A DNA stretch of 64,000 nucleotides, from positions 23,238-87,237 of IMG/VR virus record IMGVR_UViG_3300042876_000282; one strand, 5' to 3'. Each line of letters starts with the position of its first letter. The first letter of the stretch is position 1. The notes under the pieces were generated by a model that was not told the origin of the DNA, made no database searches, and saw only the letters and a program-made list of their open reading frames with translations. The translations under genes and the position numbers were made by a program. The DNA is from a virus. Below are positions 1-9,498 of the stretch, in pieces.

Positions 1-17
1 ACAATCGCGCGCCGTTC

Positions 18-659
18 GTGGCGTTCGAGCCGGAAGCGGATGCGCGACGACGCTTCGATTTGTGGTGGATGGTCCCGAGGCTGAATCGCGACGAAGACAC
101 GACGCGCGATCTCTACAAGTTCCTCGCGATTTTGCAGGAAGTGGTCGACACCTTGCTCGCGGACGTCGACCGCTGGCCGGAGATCCTCGACGTCGACACC
201 GCCGCGGACGCGTACCTCGACCAAATGCTGATCGGGCTCGGGAACCCGTTCGCGTTCGACTTGTCGACGATCGACAAGCGACGGCTGATCCGTGTGCTCG
301 TCACGATGTACCGGCAGAAAGGGACGAAGGTCGGGATCATCAACGCGATCCGGTTCTTCGTCGGCGTCGAAGTCACGATCACGGCGTTGAACGACGAAGG
401 ATGGATCCTCGGCGAAGACGAGCTAGGGATCGACACCTACCTCGCGCCGTCGTCTTCGTTCGCGCTCTACGCGTTCGAGGTGAACTCGCCGGTGACTCTC
501 ACGGACGAGCAACGCTCACAGATCGATTCGATCGTCGACTACCTCAAGCCGGCGCATACTCACCACGTCCGAACGAACGAACCGACTCCGCCGGTGGTGA
601 TCGACCACGTCGAGCTTGGTCTCTCCGAACTCGGCGACGAGTTCACTCTTCACGCGTAA
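18..659 (+). CDS. Phage tail/baseplate protein (P2 gpI-like)
   Basis: Pattern 'LDVDTA..YL..ML...G ... R.LI......YRQKGT..GI' and C-terminal 'VDYLKPAHT' are typical of phage tail protein I; lies just upstream of the fibre gene. Start uncertain at window edge. Confidence 0.8.
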   Translation: MAFEPEADARRRFDLWWMVPRLNRDEDTTRDLYKFLAILQEVVDTLLADVDRWPEILDVDTAADAYLDQMLIGLGNPFAFDLSTIDKRRLIRVLVTMYRQKGTKVGIINAIRFFVGVEVTITALNDEGWILGEDELGIDTYLAPSSSFALYAFEVNSPVTLTDEQRSQIDSIVDYLKPAHTHHVRTNEPTPPVVIDHVELGLSELGDEFTLHA

Positions 660-671
660 GGAGCACGCATC

Positions 672-2978
672 ATGGATCGCAAAGATTTCTACTTTCGGCA
701 GAAGGTCACGGAGGCTGAACTCGATGCAGCGTTCGACGAGACCGAGGAAGCGATCGATCGCGTGTTCACGGACCTCGGGATCGTCGGAGTCGTCGCCGGA
801 CTCGACGTGACGCAACAGGTCTCGCCGAACATGACGGTGCAGGTCTCGGGGCCGGGCGTCGCGATCGATCAGAACGGGAGTCGCATCGCGATCGCGAGCA
901 CGCAGAACGTCGATCTCTCGGTCGACGAGTCGGCGGTCGCTACGACGGTGATCACGCCGGGCAACTCGAAGATCCTTTCGATCTTCGCAGAGTTCGATCG
1001 CGCGCTCTCGGATCCCCGCGTCGACGGCAACGCGGTCACGATCTACTACGAGCGCGCGGAGTCGTTCCGGCTGAACGTCGCGCAGGGCTCGGAAGCGGTG
1101 ACGCCGGTCGCGCCGGCGCTTCGTGCGGACGAGATCCTACTCGCGGACGTGACGATCACGTACGGCACGACGCAGATCACGAACGGCATGATCTCGACCG
1201 CGCGCCGCGAAGTCGTGTTCTCGATCTCGGACAACCCGCGATCGATCTCCGCGGAGTCGCTCGCGGATGCACTCGGGCAACTTCTCGGGTTCTACAACGA
1301 CCACGCGAGCGCGACGGCGGATCGCCACAACGCGACCGCGATCGACTACTCCGGCGGCGGTGCGTGGGCCGACGGTTCGACGAATCCCGCGGCTACGGTC
1401 GCGGCGCAACTCACGAAGATCATCGCGGACCTCGCGCCGACGACGGCGAGCGCGAGCGGTGCGCGGAAGATCGGGATCGAGCAACTCGCGGCGACGTGGC
1501 AGGACGCGAGCACGGTCGCGGCTGGCACGCTCTACGCGGTGATCAACGGCATCGTCTCGACGCTCGCGAGCACGACCGCGAGCGGGAGCGGCGCTCGCAA
1601 GCTCGGGATCGAAGCGCTCACGGCATGGGCGGACGGTACCTCGAACGGTGCGACCTCGATCTATTCGCGGGTCGCTGCGATCGTCACGGGGCTCGCGAGC
1701 ACGTCGGGCGGTGGGAGCGGTGCGGCGAAGATCGGGATCGATGCGATCGCTTCGTGGGCGGACGCGTCGGCGTTCTCCGCGGGCACGTTGCGCGCGACGG
1801 TCAACAAGATCGTGGCGGACCTCGCGGCGTCGACTGGCACGGCGAAGGTCGGCGGTGCGGCGGTGTCGAGCAGCGGTCTCTCGATCGCGGCGGGTACGCT
1901 CGCGACGCAGATCACGGCGTTGCTCGGTCTCTCGAACAACGGCTACGCGTTGCAGGTCGCGCGCATGGAACTCAAGTATGTTCCGACGACGACCCGCTAC
2001 TACGACGCGATCGCATACGGCAAGGCGACCGCGGTGGTCGTGGGAGCAAGCGGGCTCTTCGCGTATTCGAAGAACTCGGGCAACGGTGATTGGACCGAAG
2101 CGACGATCGGCGGAACTCCGACCCTGAGCGCGATGCGCTACGACTCGACGAACGACCTCTTCGTCGCGGTCGGTTCGGCGGGTGCGATCTACACCGCTCC
2201 GCCGTCGGCGTCGCTCACGTTCACGAGTCGCACGTCGGGCACGGCGAACGCGCTCACGGGGATCTTCGTCGGCGGACCGATTCGGCTGATCGCCGGCGGT
2301 GCGTCGGGCACGATCACGACCTCGCCCGACGGCGTGACGTGGACCGTCCGCACGTTCGGGTCTGCGAACTCGGCGGGGGTGCTCGGTGGTTCGGGGTCGC
2401 TTGCGGTCGCGAGCGATGCGACGAACGTCCGCACGTCCACCGATGGGATCACTTGGACCGCGCGATCGTTGACCAGCGGCATGACGACGAACGCGATCCA
2501 CTACAACGGAACGAACTACATCGTCGGGCAGGGAACGAACCTCACGACGGCGGGTCGGATCCACACGTCGCCGGATGGCGTGACGTGGACGCTGCGAGAC
2601 TCGCCGACGGATTGCGTGCTCTCGTTCGCGAGCAACGGCGCGCTCGTCGTCGCGGGATGCGCGGACGGGCTGATCAAGTATTCGACCGACTCCGGCGTGA
2701 CGTGGTCGACCGCGACGGTCCCGACTACCCCCACGCTCTCGCACGTTCGACGCGTCGAGTATGACTCGACGCGCGGTGTGTTCTTCGCGTTCGGCGAAGC
2801 GGGCGCGGTGCTGAAATCCCTCGACGGGATCAAGTGGGTGCTCGATCGCTACGACTCGAACTCCGGCGGGATCAACGCGTCGTGCACCGGCGACGGGCAG
2901 GTCTTCGCGCTGAACATCAGCGGGTACGGTGCGGCGTGGTACGGCACCGGAGCGACGGTCATCGGAACCGCAAGCTGA
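672..2978 (+). CDS. Tail fibre / receptor-binding protein with C-terminal beta-propeller
   Basis: Four to five ~43-aa repeats (W.D.S...A.T....I...LA.T....GA.K.G) and C-terminal Asp-box repeats (TSPDGVTWT, TSTDGITWT, STDSGVTWS, KSLDGIKW). Confidence 0.8.
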   Translation: MDRKDFYFRQKVTEAELDAAFDETEEAIDRVFTDLGIVGVVAGLDVTQQVSPNMTVQVSGPGVAIDQNGSRIAIASTQNVDLSVDESAVATTVITPGNSKILSIFAEFDRALSDPRVDGNAVTIYYERAESFRLNVAQGSEAVTPVAPALRADEILLADVTITYGTTQITNGMISTARREVVFSISDNPRSISAESLADALGQLLGFYNDHASATADRHNATAIDYSGGGAWADGSTNPAATVAAQLTKIIADLAPTTASASGARKIGIEQLAATWQDASTVAAGTLYAVINGIVSTLASTTASGSGARKLGIEALTAWADGTSNGATSIYSRVAAIVTGLASTSGGGSGAAKIGIDAIASWADASAFSAGTLRATVNKIVADLAASTGTAKVGGAAVSSSGLSIAAGTLATQITALLGLSNNGYALQVARMELKYVPTTTRYYDAIAYGKATAVVVGASGLFAYSKNSGNGDWTEATIGGTPTLSAMRYDSTNDLFVAVGSAGAIYTAPPSASLTFTSRTSGTANALTGIFVGGPIRLIAGGASGTITTSPDGVTWTVRTFGSANSAGVLGGSGSLAVASDATNVRTSTDGITWTARSLTSGMTTNAIHYNGTNYIVGQGTNLTTAGRIHTSPDGVTWTLRDSPTDCVLSFASNGALVVAGCADGLIKYSTDSGVTWSTATVPTTPTLSHVRRVEYDSTRGVFFAFGEAGAVLKSLDGIKWVLDRYDSNSGGINASCTGDGQVFALNISGYGAAWYGTGATVIGTAS

Positions 2979-2997
2979 ACCAACGCGAGGGGGCGAC

Positions 2998-3576
2998 GTG
3001 GACGCGAGCACGATCACGAGCACGGCGGCGAGCGCGAACCCTTGGGTTCTCGGGCTTGCGATCATCGGTGCGATCTTCGGCGCCGGCGGCTTCGCGGTGC
3101 AGATCGTGCTTTGGCTCCGCGCTCGAAGCGAGAAGCACGCGGAGAACGAGGGCAAGCGGATCGAATCGACGGCGGAGGTCGAGAAGCACGAGATCGACGC
3201 CGACCTCACGGTCAACGATCGGCTCTTGAAGCGGATCGAATCGCTCGAACGTCGGATGGATCAAGAGCGCGACTCGCATCGCGACGAGATCGATCGGATG
3301 AAGAGCGATCACGAGTCGACGAAACGCACGCTCGAAGGTCGGAACGACGAGTGCGAGCGGCGATACGACGCGCTCGAACGCGAGAACAAAGAACGCGAGA
3401 GCCGCGAGAAGGAACTCCGCGACGCGAACCGGCTGATCCTCTACGCGTATCAGAACTTGCGGAACGACCTCACCTCGATTCGGAAGCACGTCGACCGCAT
3501 CGAAGACGAGAACCGAAGGCTTCGCGACGAACTCGAACGACGAACGATCCCGGCTCCGACGCCGGGCGGAGGGTGA
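2998..3576 (+). CDS. Membrane-anchored coiled-coil protein (lysis cassette, holin/antiholin-like)
   Basis: Single N-terminal hydrophobic helix then a charged coiled coil; directly before the endolysin. Confidence 0.55.
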   Translation: MDASTITSTAASANPWVLGLAIIGAIFGAGGFAVQIVLWLRARSEKHAENEGKRIESTAEVEKHEIDADLTVNDRLLKRIESLERRMDQERDSHRDEIDRMKSDHESTKRTLEGRNDECERRYDALERENKERESREKELRDANRLILYAYQNLRNDLTSIRKHVDRIEDENRRLRDELERRTIPAPTPGGG

Positions 3577-3580
3577 CGGC

Positions 3581-4276
3581 ATGAAGGCGAGCGGGTTGAT
3601 CGTAGGTGGGCGAGTCGTCGACGTCGTCGCGGACGATGGCGGCAAGATCGAGTGCTTCAACTGGCACGATCACGGGATGCAGTTCAAGCCCGGCGACGGT
3701 GCGCGTCGTCGCGTGATCTCGAAGACGCCGCTCCGCAAGAAGGTCTGGCATTGGACCGGCGGCGAGGGGACGGCGCGCGCGCTCTTCCGCGTGCTCGACG
3801 GTCGCGAACTCGGGATCGAGACCGCGATCGATGCCGACGGCTTGCTCTGGCAGTTCGCCGATCCGATCGAGGTCGACACCTACGACGCCGGCCCGTGGAA
3901 TCCGGAGTCGTGGGGGACCGAGATCACGAACTACGGCTTCACGGGACCGGGGCGCTCGTCTCCGAACCCGAAGCGCGGGATGTACCGCACGACGATGAAC
4001 GGGCGGTCGCGCGAGTTCGCGCGGTTCTTCCCCGCGCAGATCCGGACCGCGCTCGCGCTGGCGCGCGCGGTGTCGAAGGCGGTGCCGACGATCGCGCTCG
4101 CGGTGCCGGTGGGCACGGATGGGAAGCTCTACCCCAACGTCGCGCCGCGTGACTTCCTGCGACGCTTCTCGGGGCACCTCGGGCACTACCACCTCACGGA
4201 CAACAAAGCCGATCCGGGGCACGATCTTCTCGGCGCGTTCCGTGCCGCGGGCTTCGAGGGCGCGAAGGTGGGTTGA
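3581..4276 (+). CDS. Endolysin, N-acetylmuramoyl-L-alanine amidase (Amidase_2-like)
   Basis: Motifs VWHWT, IDADG...Q, GTEI, GHYH..NKADPG. Confidence 0.8.
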   Translation: MKASGLIVGGRVVDVVADDGGKIECFNWHDHGMQFKPGDGARRRVISKTPLRKKVWHWTGGEGTARALFRVLDGRELGIETAIDADGLLWQFADPIEVDTYDAGPWNPESWGTEITNYGFTGPGRSSPNPKRGMYRTTMNGRSREFARFFPAQIRTALALARAVSKAVPTIALAVPVGTDGKLYPNVAPRDFLRRFSGHLGHYHLTDNKADPGHDLLGAFRAAGFEGAKVG

Positions 4277-4307
4277 CGACGACGGTCGCGACGGGCACGA
4301 TCCGATC

Positions 4308-4697
4308 ATGCCGGATTGGTTGCCTCACGTCGTCGAGCAGGGTTGGTCGTTCGTCGCGGTCGCGTTGCTCGTGTACCAGATCGGGGTCGCGTCGAAGGCG
4401 ATCGCGACTCGCTTCGGGTGGCGCGGTCCGGGGTCGTGGTACGACCTCACGCTCCGACTTCACCCGCTCGCCGGTGGCGCGCTCTTCGGGCTGATCCCGC
4501 TTCCGACGCTCGATGCGATCGACTCGATCGAAGGAACGGCTGCGCGCATCGCGGCGCGGTGCGGGTGGTTCCTGTTAGCCGGTGCGGTGTGCGGGCAGGT
4601 CTACGAGTCGGTGAAGTTCGGGAGCCGATGGCTTCAAGTGCGCGCGGGCATCCGCGCGACGATGTCGCCGTCGCAACCTCCGGACGGTGAAGCGTGA
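4308..4697 (+). CDS. Holin-like membrane protein
   Basis: Three hydrophobic segments; follows the amidase. Confidence 0.5.
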   Translation: MPDWLPHVVEQGWSFVAVALLVYQIGVASKAIATRFGWRGPGSWYDLTLRLHPLAGGALFGLIPLPTLDAIDSIEGTAARIAARCGWFLLAGAVCGQVYESVKFGSRWLQVRAGIRATMSPSQPPDGEA

Positions 4698-5179
4698 AGC
4701 GGCTCGGCTTCCTTCGGTACGCGATCACGGCACCGAGCGATCTCGTCGCGGTGCTGATCGTGCTCTTCGTCCGCGCGGCATGGGGCTCGAAGCTCTCTCG
4801 CGAAGGCGGGTGTCTCGTCGTCGACCTCGATCCGAAGTCGTGGCCGATGCGGTCGTGGTACCGCGGATGGGGTGGCACCACGTTCGGGCACGCGATCATG
4901 CTCGCGCCGCTCGACCCCGTTCGACGCGCGGAGGTCTTCCACCACGAACTCGTGCACGTCGAGCAAATCGAGGCGCACGCGCTCATGGCGCTCGTCTACG
5001 CGATCCCGATCGCGGTGACGTGGCATCCGCTGGCGGGGCTCGCGGCGTGGGCGACCTCGTCGTGGATCTCGTATTGGTCCGCGGGGCTCGTCGCGGTGCT
5101 ACGCGGCGAGAGCTTCTATCACGGGAACACGAACGAGGAAGCGGCGTACGCGCAGACGCCGGGCGAGGGGGCACGATGA
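4694..5179 (+). CDS. Membrane protein with HExxH zincin motif
   Basis: TTFGHAI ... HELVHVEQ ... NEEAAY plus hydrophobic helices. Confidence 0.6.
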   Translation: MKRLGFLRYAITAPSDLVAVLIVLFVRAAWGSKLSREGGCLVVDLDPKSWPMRSWYRGWGGTTFGHAIMLAPLDPVRRAEVFHHELVHVEQIEAHALMALVYAIPIAVTWHPLAGLAAWATSSWISYWSAGLVAVLRGESFYHGNTNEEAAYAQTPGEGAR

Positions 5180-5352
5180 CGAAGAGCGAGAAGGTTCGAG
5201 CGGCGGCGGTTCTCGGAGTGCCGCTCGTGCTGGCAGCGCTGGGCGTGGTCTACGCGCCCGACCTCGACGCGAAGATGCTCACGACCTACGGCTTCGTGCT
5301 CGGACTCTTCGAGGGCGCGGTCGTCATGTCGTACGCGACGCGGCGGTCGTGA
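5176..5352 (+). CDS. Small two-TM membrane protein
   Basis: MTKSEKVRAAAVLGV..., two hydrophobic stretches, overlapping start/stop with both neighbours. Confidence 0.5.
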   Translation: MTKSEKVRAAAVLGVPLVLAALGVVYAPDLDAKMLTTYGFVLGLFEGAVVMSYATRRS

Positions 5353-5711
5353 ACGCGAAGACGTTCGGGATCGGTGCCGCGGTGCTCGCGCTCGCGATGC
5401 TCGTCGGGTTCGCCGGCGGTCGTTCGTGTTCGCCGACGACGCCGCATGTTCCGGACAAGCCGCTCCCGCCGGCGAGCATCGATGCCGGTGTCGCGGAGGC
5501 GCGGATCGATGACGAGCTACGGCGACGGCTCGACGAGATCGAGGGGCGCGTCGGTGAGATCGAAGCGGAGCAAGCGCGAAGGCGCGCCGGCTTCGCGAAC
5601 TCGCAACGCGCGGAGCTTGCGCGGGTGCGCGATGGTGGACGGGGGGCGGTGTCGGAATGGCTGAACGACTTCGATCGATCGCTGCAATCGGGTTCTTCGT
5701 CGTCGCCTTGA
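5349..5711 (+). CDS. Spanin-like / membrane-anchored coiled-coil protein
   Basis: N-terminal signal/TM, Pro-rich linker, coiled coil; overlaps the next gene as spanin pairs do. Confidence 0.45.
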   Translation: MNAKTFGIGAAVLALAMLVGFAGGRSCSPTTPHVPDKPLPPASIDAGVAEARIDDELRRRLDEIEGRVGEIEAEQARRRAGFANSQRAELARVRDGGRGAVSEWLNDFDRSLQSGSSSSP

Positions 5712-6124
5712 CGGCGGCGTTCGGCGTGCGAGCGCAGGAACCTCGGATCGTGTCTCTCGAACCGCGCGAGCCCGCGCCGTTCGCGGGGATGCTACTTCCC
5801 GACGACGTCGCGATCCGATGGCGGCAAGAGATCGAGCGATTGCGCTTCGAGCTTGATCTCGCGGCGCAACGCGCGGCGGCGTTGCAGGCGATCCACGCCG
5901 ACGAGATCTCGGCGCGTGACGCCGCGGCCGCGGAGCGGCTCCGACTCCGCGATGAACTCTGGACCGCGCGAGCGGAAGAACTCCGCGCGGCGGCGGCGGA
6001 CGCTCGACGAGAGCGCGACGCGGCGCGCCGGCGCGCGGGGCCGCGGTGGTGGCAGCGTCCGGGGCTATGGTTCGCGCTCGGTGCGGGTAGCGCTGGCGCG
6101 TTGGCGGTGGTTCTCTCACGGTAG
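5657..6124 (+). CDS. Spanin-like protein (signal peptide, coiled coil, C-terminal TM)
   Basis: N-terminal signal ending VRA-Q, helical middle, C-terminal hydrophobic anchor (WFALGAG...). Confidence 0.45.
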   Translation: MAERLRSIAAIGFFVVALTAAFGVRAQEPRIVSLEPREPAPFAGMLLPDDVAIRWRQEIERLRFELDLAAQRAAALQAIHADEISARDAAAAERLRLRDELWTARAEELRAAAADARRERDAARRRAGPRWWQRPGLWFALGAGSAGALAVVLSR

Positions 6125-6139
6125 GAAAGCAGGCGGGGC

Positions 6140-6355
6140 ATGGATTCGGTCAAGTTCGAGAACTCGTCGCACCTCACGGAAGCGACATACGACGCGGAGC
6201 GCTCGAAGCTCCGCGTGACGTTCCGCGGTGGTTCGTCGTACGTCTACGACGGCGTGCCGGCGGCGGTGTGGGAGGGGTTGATCGCGTCGCCGTCGGCGGG
6301 GAAGTTCCTCGCGGCTGAGATCAAGCCGGCGTACGCGTGCGAGCGCGTGTCGTGA
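6140..6355 (+). CDS. KTSC domain protein
   Basis: SS.L....YD.....L.V.F.GG..Y.Y.GVP...W..L..SPS.GKF....IK consensus. Confidence 0.9.
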   Translation: MDSVKFENSSHLTEATYDAERSKLRVTFRGGSSYVYDGVPAAVWEGLIASPSAGKFLAAEIKPAYACERVS

Positions 6356-6855
6356 CGACCTCCGGAGACGTCGAGAAGGCGAGTTCCGGCGATGGGGGCG
6401 GGGATGGTAGCGGCGACGACGTCACGCGCCGTCTCGCGGCGGAGGCTGGCGAGGCCGAGGTCGATGCCGAAGTCGTGGTCGCGGTGGTCGAGGGCGTCGC
6501 GCGGAGGATCTCGGACGTGATCGCGAACCGTGGCGAGACCTCGATCCGCGCGGCGGTGCTCGAAGCGCTCGAAGGCGAAGCCGGAGCGCTCGCGGTGCTG
6601 GCGTCGGCGTACGACGAAGGGCGAGAAGATGCGACGCGTGACGCGTTGATCGGGTCGCGCGTGCTCGACGCCGCCGACATCGATCCCGGATGGGGTGACG
6701 TCGACGGAGTCGGACTTCGGAAGACGATCCAACGCGAGACGAACGCGTGCGAGCGGTGTTCGCACGCGACGGTGTGCGTGGTCGCTCGCACGATCCCGCC
6801 GGAGTTTCTGATCGTGGTCTCGCGGTGTCTCGCGTTTGCCCCGCGGGCGGAGTAG
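6352..6855 (+). CDS. Hypothetical protein with C-terminal Cys cluster
   Basis: CERC.H..VC ... RC; overlaps the KTSC stop. Confidence 0.5.
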   Translation: MTTSGDVEKASSGDGGGDGSGDDVTRRLAAEAGEAEVDAEVVVAVVEGVARRISDVIANRGETSIRAAVLEALEGEAGALAVLASAYDEGREDATRDALIGSRVLDAADIDPGWGDVDGVGLRKTIQRETNACERCSHATVCVVARTIPPEFLIVVSRCLAFAPRAE

Positions 6856-6865
6856 AATCGACTCC

Positions 6866-6940
6866 GACGCCGGCTCGAACGCGTCGCGGTCTCACCTCCC
6901 CCCTGCTACCGCGACGACCGAGCCGGCGTCACTTTTTCTT
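6866..6940 (+). terminator. Long hairpin followed by T-tract (intrinsic terminator-like)
   Basis: GACGCCGGCTCG/CGAGCCGGCGTC outer stem, CGTCGCGGT/ACCGCGACG inner stem, then ACTTTTTCTT. Confidence 0.6.
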
Positions 6941-6974
6941 GGTCGTCGTCGGCGACGTGGTAGTACGACCGCCT

Positions 6975-7694
6975 ATGGTTCGATTCGCTCTCGCTCGTGT
7001 GCTGACTTCGACGGCTCTTCTCGTGACGCTCTCGATCGGCGCAACCTACGACCGACCCGCGGCGACGGTGTCTCCGCCGGAGACACGCGCGGCGCCGAAG
7101 ACGGCTGAACGTGTCGAGCCGGTGCTGGTGGTGCCGGAGATCGCGACGCCGAAGACGCGACCGATCCCGGATTGTGCATGGACGCCGGCGGCGAAGGCGT
7201 CGCTCGTCGCGATGGTGCGGATCGAGTCGTCGTCGGGGAAGGATGCGGCGGCGATCGCGTGGACGATGACGCGACGCTGGCTCGGGCTGGCGCGGTTCCG
7301 CGGGCGATCGTTCGCGGACTACATCGTCGACACCTCCGCGCCGCTCCGCGCGCATCGTCGCGGCGAGTTCGAGTCGCTCACGGGTTATCAGGCGTGTGTG
7401 CTGGGAGTGCCACGGCTCGACGAGCGCGGTCGCGACGCGTGTCGGATCTTCGAGGGCGAGCGGAAAGCCGCGGAGGTGGGCGCGGTGCTCGACGCGTGGG
7501 CGGCGGGTGACGTTCCCGATCCGTGCGGGGGCGAGTCGTTCATGTGGTTCGCGCCGTGGTACCGCTCGACGCAGCGCACGCGAGTCGTCTCGTGCGGTGA
7601 CACCGCGAACCGCTTCCACACGTTGCCCGAGATCTCGCACGCGACGGTGCTCGAACGCGTGTCGACGCCGGTCGATCTGCGAACGTGTCGGTAG
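6975..7694 (+). CDS. Secreted cell-wall hydrolase, SleB/Hydrolase_2-like
   Basis: Signal peptide; 'LVAMVRIES...AAAIAWTMTRR' and 'PDPCGG..F.W.......G...NRFH' resemble Hydrolase_2. Confidence 0.5.
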   Translation: MVRFALARVLTSTALLVTLSIGATYDRPAATVSPPETRAAPKTAERVEPVLVVPEIATPKTRPIPDCAWTPAAKASLVAMVRIESSSGKDAAAIAWTMTRRWLGLARFRGRSFADYIVDTSAPLRAHRRGEFESLTGYQACVLGVPRLDERGRDACRIFEGERKAAEVGAVLDAWAAGDVPDPCGGESFMWFAPWYRSTQRTRVVSCGDTANRFHTLPEISHATVLERVSTPVDLRTCR

Positions 7695-7739
7695 GTCGTT
7701 CCGTTCGGGTGCGGACGGCGGATGATAGGGGGGCCGGCG

Positions 7740-9179
7740 ATGATCACCGTTCGTCTCGACACCCGAATCCGACTCCCCGCGGGGCTCCCGAAGAGCTTCG
7801 TGCGAGACCTCCGCGCAGCGTTCACGCACGCGAACCCGGAGTTCTCGAAGAAACGCGCGATCGGCTTCGCATCGTACGGCGTGCCATCGCGGATCGTGAC
7901 GTGCACCGTGAACGCGGACGGCTCGATCACGCTTCCGCGTGGTGGTACGGCGACGCTTCGCAAGCTCGCGCGCGAGCACGGGATCCAGATCCGATGGATC
8001 GACGATCGAGAAGAGCAGCCGGCGGTCGCGTGGCCGAAGCCGAGCGTCGAGCTTCGACCGTACCAAGCCGCGGCGCTCGACGCGTGCCTCTTGCGAGAGC
8101 AGGGGATCGTCCGCGCTCCGACGGGATCGGGTAAGACTACGATCGCGCTCGCGGTCGCGGCGGCGTTGCAGCAGCCGGCGCTCGTGATCATGCGGGACTC
8201 GAACTTGCTCGATCAGTGGAAGGACCGCGCCGTGCGCGAGCTTGGGCTGCACGCGCGCGAGATCGGGATCTTGCGCGGAGGGTCGAAGCTACAGATCGGG
8301 CCGCGTCTCACGCTCGCGCTTCAGCAGACCTTGAACTCGGGCGCGTTCCCGCTGGGCAAGGTCGCGCGCGAGTTCGGTGCGGTGCTCGTCGACGAAGTGC
8401 ACGGCGTCGCGGCGAAGACGTTTCAGACGGTGATCGACGAGTTCCCGGCGCGGTATCGTCTCGGGTTCAGCGCGGACGAAACGCGGAAAGACGGGAAAGA
8501 GTTTTTGGTCTACGACCAGTTCGGTTCGGTGCTCTACGAAGTCGAGCGCGACGAACTCGAACGCGACGGCGTGATCGTGCCGGTGCGCGTGCGTCTCGTG
8601 CCGACGACGTTCTCCGCGGATTGGTACCGCGACGCGTCGAGCGGAGAGCGCGACTTCAATCGGTTCCTCGAAGAGTCGACGAACGACGAAGAGCGCAACG
8701 CGCAACTCGTCGGGCTCGTGCGCCGACTCGTCTCCGACGGTACGCGACCGATCTTCGTCTTCACGCATCGCGTGGAACACGCGCGATGGATCGCGGACGT
8801 CGGTCTCTTCGCGGTGGGCGTGCGTGCCGGGCTCATGCTGGGCGGTAAGCCGAACGCGGTCCGCTTCGCGGAAGATAAGTCGCGACTCGCACGCGGCGAC
8901 CTCGACGCGGCCGCGGGAACGTACAACGCGATCGGAACCGGAATCGACGTGCCGGCGGTCGCGGCTGGCGTCATGGCGACGCCGATCGGGAACAACGCGC
9001 AGTTCTTCAATCAGGTTCGCGGGCGAATCTGCCGACCCGCGCCGGGCAAGCGCGAGGGCGTGCTGTTCGTGTTGTGGGATCGAAACGTCTTCCCGGATGC
9101 TCCGGCGAAGTTCAAGAAGTGGAACCGCGGCAACGTCGAGATCCTCGACGACGCGGGACGATGGATCGCGGTCCGTTGA
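7740..9179 (+). CDS. SF2 DExH helicase (XPB/UvsW-like)
   Basis: LRPYQ, APTGSGKT, DEVH, GFSA, GIDVP, QVRGRICR. Confidence 0.9.
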   Translation: MITVRLDTRIRLPAGLPKSFVRDLRAAFTHANPEFSKKRAIGFASYGVPSRIVTCTVNADGSITLPRGGTATLRKLAREHGIQIRWIDDREEQPAVAWPKPSVELRPYQAAALDACLLREQGIVRAPTGSGKTTIALAVAAALQQPALVIMRDSNLLDQWKDRAVRELGLHAREIGILRGGSKLQIGPRLTLALQQTLNSGAFPLGKVAREFGAVLVDEVHGVAAKTFQTVIDEFPARYRLGFSADETRKDGKEFLVYDQFGSVLYEVERDELERDGVIVPVRVRLVPTTFSADWYRDASSGERDFNRFLEESTNDEERNAQLVGLVRRLVSDGTRPIFVFTHRVEHARWIADVGLFAVGVRAGLMLGGKPNAVRFAEDKSRLARGDLDAAAGTYNAIGTGIDVPAVAAGVMATPIGNNAQFFNQVRGRICRPAPGKREGVLFVLWDRNVFPDAPAKFKKWNRGNVEILDDAGRWIAVR

Positions 9180-9198
9180 TCGTTCGGAGGTAGCAGGG

Positions 9199-9498
9199 AT
9201 GGAACGTCGAAGGAAAGTCACGCGCGAAGGCGCGGAGGTCGAGGTCGGTTCGGAGTTCGTCGCGCGCGACGGCGACACGCTCACGGTCTCGTATCCCGAG
9301 GTCAAGCTCCCGCTCCGCGCGAAGTTCGCGATCGTCGACGTCGGCGGCGTCTCGTACACGCGTGCGCTCCGCGACGGCGACGACGTCGGAGCGGAGTACG
9401 ATCGGATCTACTCGTTCCTCCGGCAGCGTGCCGAACGCGACGCGGTCGAGAAGGTGCGGATGTGGAACGCGGAGTTCGGCGACGGTGGTTCGAAATGA
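9199..9498 (+). CDS. Hypothetical protein
   Basis: Upstream GGAGG, coupled to the next gene. Confidence 0.6.
   Translation: MERRRKVTREGAEVEVGSEFVARDGDTLTVSYPEVKLPLRAKFAIVDVGGVSYTRALRDGDDVGAEYDRIYSFLRQRAERDAVEKVRMWNAEFGDGGSK

Noticed and set aside
672-2978. Diversity-generating retroelement target in the tail fibre
   Set aside because: No reverse transcriptase and no adenine-variant template repeat seen in the window.
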